From a virus: a DNA stretch of 37,594 nt. Where the stretch lies: UHGV virus genome UHGV-0218009. One strand, written 5' to 3'. The notes under the pieces were generated by a model, which made no database searches, was not told the DNA's origin, and was given only the letters and a program-made list of their open reading frames with translations. The translations under genes and the position numbers were made by a program. Shown here one piece after another: positions 34,349 to 37,594 of the stretch; the first letter of the stretch is position 1; each line of letters starts with the position of its first letter.

Positions 34349-35089
34349 GTGAGACGGTTGGCACAAGAATTTAAGGATACTCGACCAACAAATGAACCAA
34401 ATACAACAGTTGATTATCAAGACCCGACCGATGTCGATGAGGTGCAAGATGAAATAAAAAACGGTGTGATTGATCCTATTTCTCAAACGTTCGCTTTGTG
34501 GATTCGAACAAAGATGTATCGACGACATGTTCGAGAATCTTTAGCTCGTATGATGGAGTATACCAGTGTTTTATTTAATAAAATAAAGGCTATTTCTGAA
34601 AATACAGAAAAACGCCAATCTAAAGTAGAACAACGTCAAACCAATTTAGAGGAACGTTTTAAAGATGTAATCGCAAATGCTACAACAGATAGCGAAGTTA
34701 TCGATGCTCGAAGTAGTGAACGTTTGGGAAATTTTAAAACGTTAGATGAACGGCTAGAATATTTTGAAAATATCATTGCTTCTGTAATTCCAGTTGGTTT
34801 TGATGTAACTATTGTTCACAATTTAGGAGCTCAACCAGTCGTTAATGTTCGTACTTGGACACATGGTATAGGTGTACTGCCTTTAGGTACAGAACCAACA
34901 GGATTATTTGGCGGTAGTGCTTCTCAATCAATTCAATGTACGGTAAAACATGTGAATTCTTCTGAATGTATTGTGACTATTCCGCTAGATTATAAAACAG
35001 ATTCTCTACCAGTAAAAATTGATGAGCATAAGTATTTACTTATTGATGGTCAGAATAGCCGATCTATTGTATTTGACTTAATTTTATAA
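34349..35089 (+). CDS. Tail tip / baseplate-associated protein, hypothetical
   Basis: Position. N-terminal coiled coil plus a beta-rich C-terminus. Confidence 0.5.
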   Translation: MRRLAQEFKDTRPTNEPNTTVDYQDPTDVDEVQDEIKNGVIDPISQTFALWIRTKMYRRHVRESLARMMEYTSVLFNKIKAISENTEKRQSKVEQRQTNLEERFKDVIANATTDSEVIDARSSERLGNFKTLDERLEYFENIIASVIPVGFDVTIVHNLGAQPVVNVRTWTHGIGVLPLGTEPTGLFGGSASQSIQCTVKHVNSSECIVTIPLDYKTDSLPVKIDEHKYLLIDGQNSRSIVFDLIL

Positions 35090-35100
35090 GAAAGGACGTT

Positions 35101-35586
35101 GTGAATATGGATTTAACTAGAATTTATAGAGGGATGGAGAACGGGGCAGAATCGATTGAAGAAAATTTCAATAAAATTGGTGCAGCCGTTGATAGCACCT
35201 CAAGAACTTTCCAAAAAATCACCAAAAAAGAACCGTTGTGGACAGGTGCATGGTATGGCGGAGCTGCAGGAAACGGTAATGTTCCTTCTAAATCGCTATC
35301 GGAGTGTGAGAACGGGTGGATTTTCCAATGGCAAGAATATAAAAAAGACGGCACCTTAAACGGTGCATGTTATCACTTTTTCTTAGTACCTAAACAGCAT
35401 GCGCAGAATCCAGGTTCTGGAGGAGTTATTTTTCTTTTACATGGATACAACGCTAATAGTTTAGTGCGGAAATATTTATATGTTAAGGATACTAAAATTA
35501 CTGGTAATGATATAAATGCCTCTTCTAGTGATACAGCTGGTTCAGGCAGTAAAATGTTTGCGTTAAGTGCGATTTATGAATACTAG
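35101..35586 (+). CDS. Hypothetical tail tip protein (possible receptor-binding component)
   Basis: Gly-rich AWYGGAAGNGNVPS. Start at GTG 35101 or ATG 35107. Confidence 0.45.
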   Translation: MNMDLTRIYRGMENGAESIEENFNKIGAAVDSTSRTFQKITKKEPLWTGAWYGGAAGNGNVPSKSLSECENGWIFQWQEYKKDGTLNGACYHFFLVPKQHAQNPGSGGVIFLLHGYNANSLVRKYLYVKDTKITGNDINASSSDTAGSGSKMFALSAIYEY

Positions 35587-35599
35587 GAGGAAAGAGAAC

Positions 35600-35995
35600 A
35601 TGAAAATTTGGATTGATGATATTCAAGGTTATTTAGACGGATATTCCACAATGGAACAACCGAATAAAATTGAACTTGAAGTAGAAAAAGAACCAACAGA
35701 TTTTTATAATTATCGCTGGAACGGGACAAGCTTAATATACGATCCTAACAATGTGCCAGAACCAGAGCCCGCACCACCAACCGACATTGAGGTATTACAA
35801 GCCGAAAATGCGGAATTAAAACAATTGAATTCAAAACTTATGATTAATGACATGAATTTAAAAAAAGAGCTTTCAGAAGTAACGAAGAAAGCAGATAATT
35901 TTGCGCAAATTAGTGCAAAATCAATGCTTGCGATTAATCAATTAACCAATCAGGTAAAAGAAATTAACGAAAAATTAGCAGAAGGAGTGGAATAA
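35600..35995 (+). CDS. Hypothetical phage protein with a C-terminal coiled coil
   Basis: RBS AGGAGG 8 nt upstream of ATG 35600. Confidence 0.55.
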   Translation: MKIWIDDIQGYLDGYSTMEQPNKIELEVEKEPTDFYNYRWNGTSLIYDPNNVPEPEPAPPTDIEVLQAENAELKQLNSKLMINDMNLKKELSEVTKKADNFAQISAKSMLAINQLTNQVKEINEKLAEGVE

Positions 35996-35996
35996 A

Positions 35997-36119
35997 ATGT
36001 TTACATTTGATGACATTAAAATGATGTATGACTGGGGCTGTTTTACAGATGAACAAGTAATGGAGTTTGTCCCACTTTGCATTACAGAAAAAGAAGCGAA
36101 AGAAATTGTCGGAAAGTAG
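35997..36119 (+). CDS. XkdX-family small phage protein (40 aa), not in the ORF track
   Basis: MFTFDDIKMMYDWGCFTDEQVMEFVPLCITEKEAKEIVGK fits the XkdX pattern. RBS AAGGAG. Confidence 0.6.
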   Translation: MFTFDDIKMMYDWGCFTDEQVMEFVPLCITEKEAKEIVGK

Positions 36120-36129
36120 GTAAGTAGCA

Positions 36130-36339
36130 ATGATTGAAGAGTTTGTGAGAGGTTTATTAACGAATCCAGAGCAAGTAACGTTTACTACTCTATTTGTTGG
36201 TTTATTTATTTGGGTGATGAAACAAAATAGTGATCGCGAACGTAATTATCAAGAAACAATTGGAAAGCTTGCGGACTCGTTAAAAGATGTTGAGGACATC
36301 AAGACGACAGTAGAAAAAATTCATGAAAAATTAAATTGA
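36130..36339 (+). CDS. Holin, BhlA/UviB-like
   Basis: 69 aa. One N-terminal TM helix (TTLFVGLFIWVM). Charged coiled-coil tail. Confidence 0.65.
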   Translation: MIEEFVRGLLTNPEQVTFTTLFVGLFIWVMKQNSDRERNYQETIGKLADSLKDVEDIKTTVEKIHEKLN

Positions 36340-36366
36340 GGTATGGCTCTAAGCCATGCCTTTTTA
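36340..36366 (+). terminator. Stem-loop plus T5 between the holin and endolysin genes
   Basis: ggtatggct/agccatgcc with T-G wobble, then ttttt. Confidence 0.45.
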
Positions 36367-36391
36367 TTATTAATTTTAGGAAGGTGTTTTT

Positions 36392-37498
36392 ATGAAAAAA
36401 ACTGTTAAATTATTAGTAGCTGTCGGAATGGGATTAAGTTTTATGTTACCAATTGGCGCAAATGCTTACCAAATTGAACAAGACCCAATCAATTTCGGTG
36501 GCTATTTCCCTGGATATGCAACTAACGAATTGATTGTATTGCATGAGTCAGGAAATGGAAATAATGTCGGTCCAAATAGTTTAGACAATGAAACGGCATA
36601 TATGAAACGAAACTGGCAAAATGCGTACGTTTCATATTTTGTTGGTTCTGGTGGTCGAGTGAAACAGTTAGCGCCAGCAGGACAAATTCAATGGGGCGCA
36701 GGACAAACAGCGAATGCAAAAGCCTATGCTCAAATCGAATTAGCACGAACGAATAACAAAGAAACGTTCAAGAAAGACTATGCAGCCTATGTTAATTTGA
36801 TTCGTGATTTAGCAACTCAAATCGGCGCAACATTTGATTTAGATGATGGTACAGGATACGGAATTGTATCGCACGATTGGGTATCTAAAAATTGGTGGGG
36901 CGATCATACAGATCCTTACGGTTATTTAGCAAGTTGGGGAATTAGTAAAGCACAATTAGCACAAGACTTACAAACTGGACTTCCAGAAGACGGTCATGAT
37001 GTTATTGTAAACCCCGGCAAACCAAACAAGCCTAAATATAAAGTAGGGCAGAACGTTCGCTTTACAACGATCTATAAAAATCCAGATGCGCCAATCGAGC
37101 AACATATCAATGCAAATACTTTATGGACACAAGTTGGTACAATCACACAGAAATTAGACGGTCGTAAAAATCTATATCGGATTGAAAATAGCGGTAAATT
37201 ATTAGGATACGCGAACGATGGCGATATTGCGGAGCTTTGGGAAAATAGCAAACCTAAGCCAGCTAAAGTTTTTACTATCGGTGTAAATGAAGGGATTGTG
37301 TTACGTACTGGCTCACCTAGTCTGTATGCGCCAGTATATGGTATCTGGCCAAAAGGTGCGCAATTTAGATATGATTCAGTCCATGTAGCTGACGGCTATG
37401 TTTGGTTAGGTGGAACAGATTCAAATGGAACAAGAATTTACATTCCTGTTGGTCCAAATGATGGTGATCCAAATAATACTTGGGGAACTGGTTATTAA
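36392..37498 (+). CDS. Endolysin: Sec signal peptide + Amidase_2-like N-acetylmuramoyl-L-alanine amidase + two C-terminal SH3b-like cell-wall-binding repeats
   Basis: MKKTVKLLVAVGMGLSFMLPIGANA|YQ signal. LHESGNG, HDWVS and GDHTDP zinc-amidase motifs. Repeated roughly 70-aa C-terminal modules. Confidence 0.75.
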   Translation: MKKTVKLLVAVGMGLSFMLPIGANAYQIEQDPINFGGYFPGYATNELIVLHESGNGNNVGPNSLDNETAYMKRNWQNAYVSYFVGSGGRVKQLAPAGQIQWGAGQTANAKAYAQIELARTNNKETFKKDYAAYVNLIRDLATQIGATFDLDDGTGYGIVSHDWVSKNWWGDHTDPYGYLASWGISKAQLAQDLQTGLPEDGHDVIVNPGKPNKPKYKVGQNVRFTTIYKNPDAPIEQHINANTLWTQVGTITQKLDGRKNLYRIENSGKLLGYANDGDIAELWENSKPKPAKVFTIGVNEGIVLRTGSPSLYAPVYGIWPKGAQFRYDSVHVADGYVWLGGTDSNGTRIYIPVGPNDGDPNNTWGTGY

Positions 37499-37506
37499 GA
37501 AATAAG

Positions 37507-37546
37507 AAAATCCCTACTTCTCATTACTAGAGGTAGGGATTTTTTC
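37507..37546 (+). terminator. Rho-independent terminator after the endolysin gene
   Basis: 9-bp stem aatccctac/gtagggatt plus T5. Confidence 0.7.
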
Positions 37547-37594
37547 AACGGTAAATTATGTTGAGATTTTTTTATTCTTATAGGTAAAAATGAC

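Larger units (their letters stand above)
1..37594. mobile_element. Temperate siphovirus (prophage/phage) genome with lysogeny, replication, packaging, head, tail and lysis modules in canonical order
   Basis: Collinear phage gene order from integrase to endolysin. No host housekeeping genes. The end-to-start junction recreates a tandem arm-type repeat. Confidence 0.9.

Noticed and set aside
37545-37594. A conventional attR direct repeat matching the left end
   Set aside because: No extended direct repeat between the ends was found other than the arm-site word that spans the junction. This favours a circular-genome reading over host-flanked attL/attR.

Overview
The whole 37.6 kb window is one temperate siphovirus (prophage or phage) genome from a low-GC Firmicute. 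The ArpU regulator, the Prp-type LQFFA motif, the BhlA holin and the codon usage point to an Enterococcus-like host. No host genes are present. The genes are collinear: integrase (minus strand); a cI-operon lipoprotein, an ImmA-like metalloprotease and an XRE cI-like repressor (minus strand); cro; an excisionase-like HTH protein; a Rha regulator; a block of unknown early genes; an ERF recombinase; DUF1351; the replisome organizer with internal iterons; MazG; RusA; small zinc-ribbon proteins; a catalytically degenerate HsdM-like protein; ArpU; an 820-bp non-coding region carrying tRNA-Trp; a ParB-domain DNA methyltransferase; an AT-rich moron; TerS and TerL; portal; minor head protein; scaffold; major capsid; the connector and tail genes; tape measure; Dit and Tal; XkdX; BhlA-like holin; and a signal-peptide amidase endolysin. 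Joining the window end to its start recreates a tandem integrase arm-type repeat. This suggests the window is a complete circular or circularly permuted genome cut inside attP. The observations most worth follow-up are these. (1) An HsdM-like SAM-binding protein whose NPPF catalytic motif is replaced by SNEP, a possible restriction decoy. (2) Three helically phased DnaA boxes directly upstream of the late activator gene arpU, and three phased TTGGCGG repeats directly downstream. (3) A protein-level conserved peptide encoded in the -1 frame just past the capsid stop that mirrors the major tail protein C-terminus. (4) An AT-rich membrane-anchored moron before terS. (5) A lipoprotein in the repressor operon, a superinfection-exclusion candidate. 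(6) A reverse-strand YegP/DUF1508-like moron. (7) Face-to-face lysis/lysogeny promoters with duplicated operator boxes.
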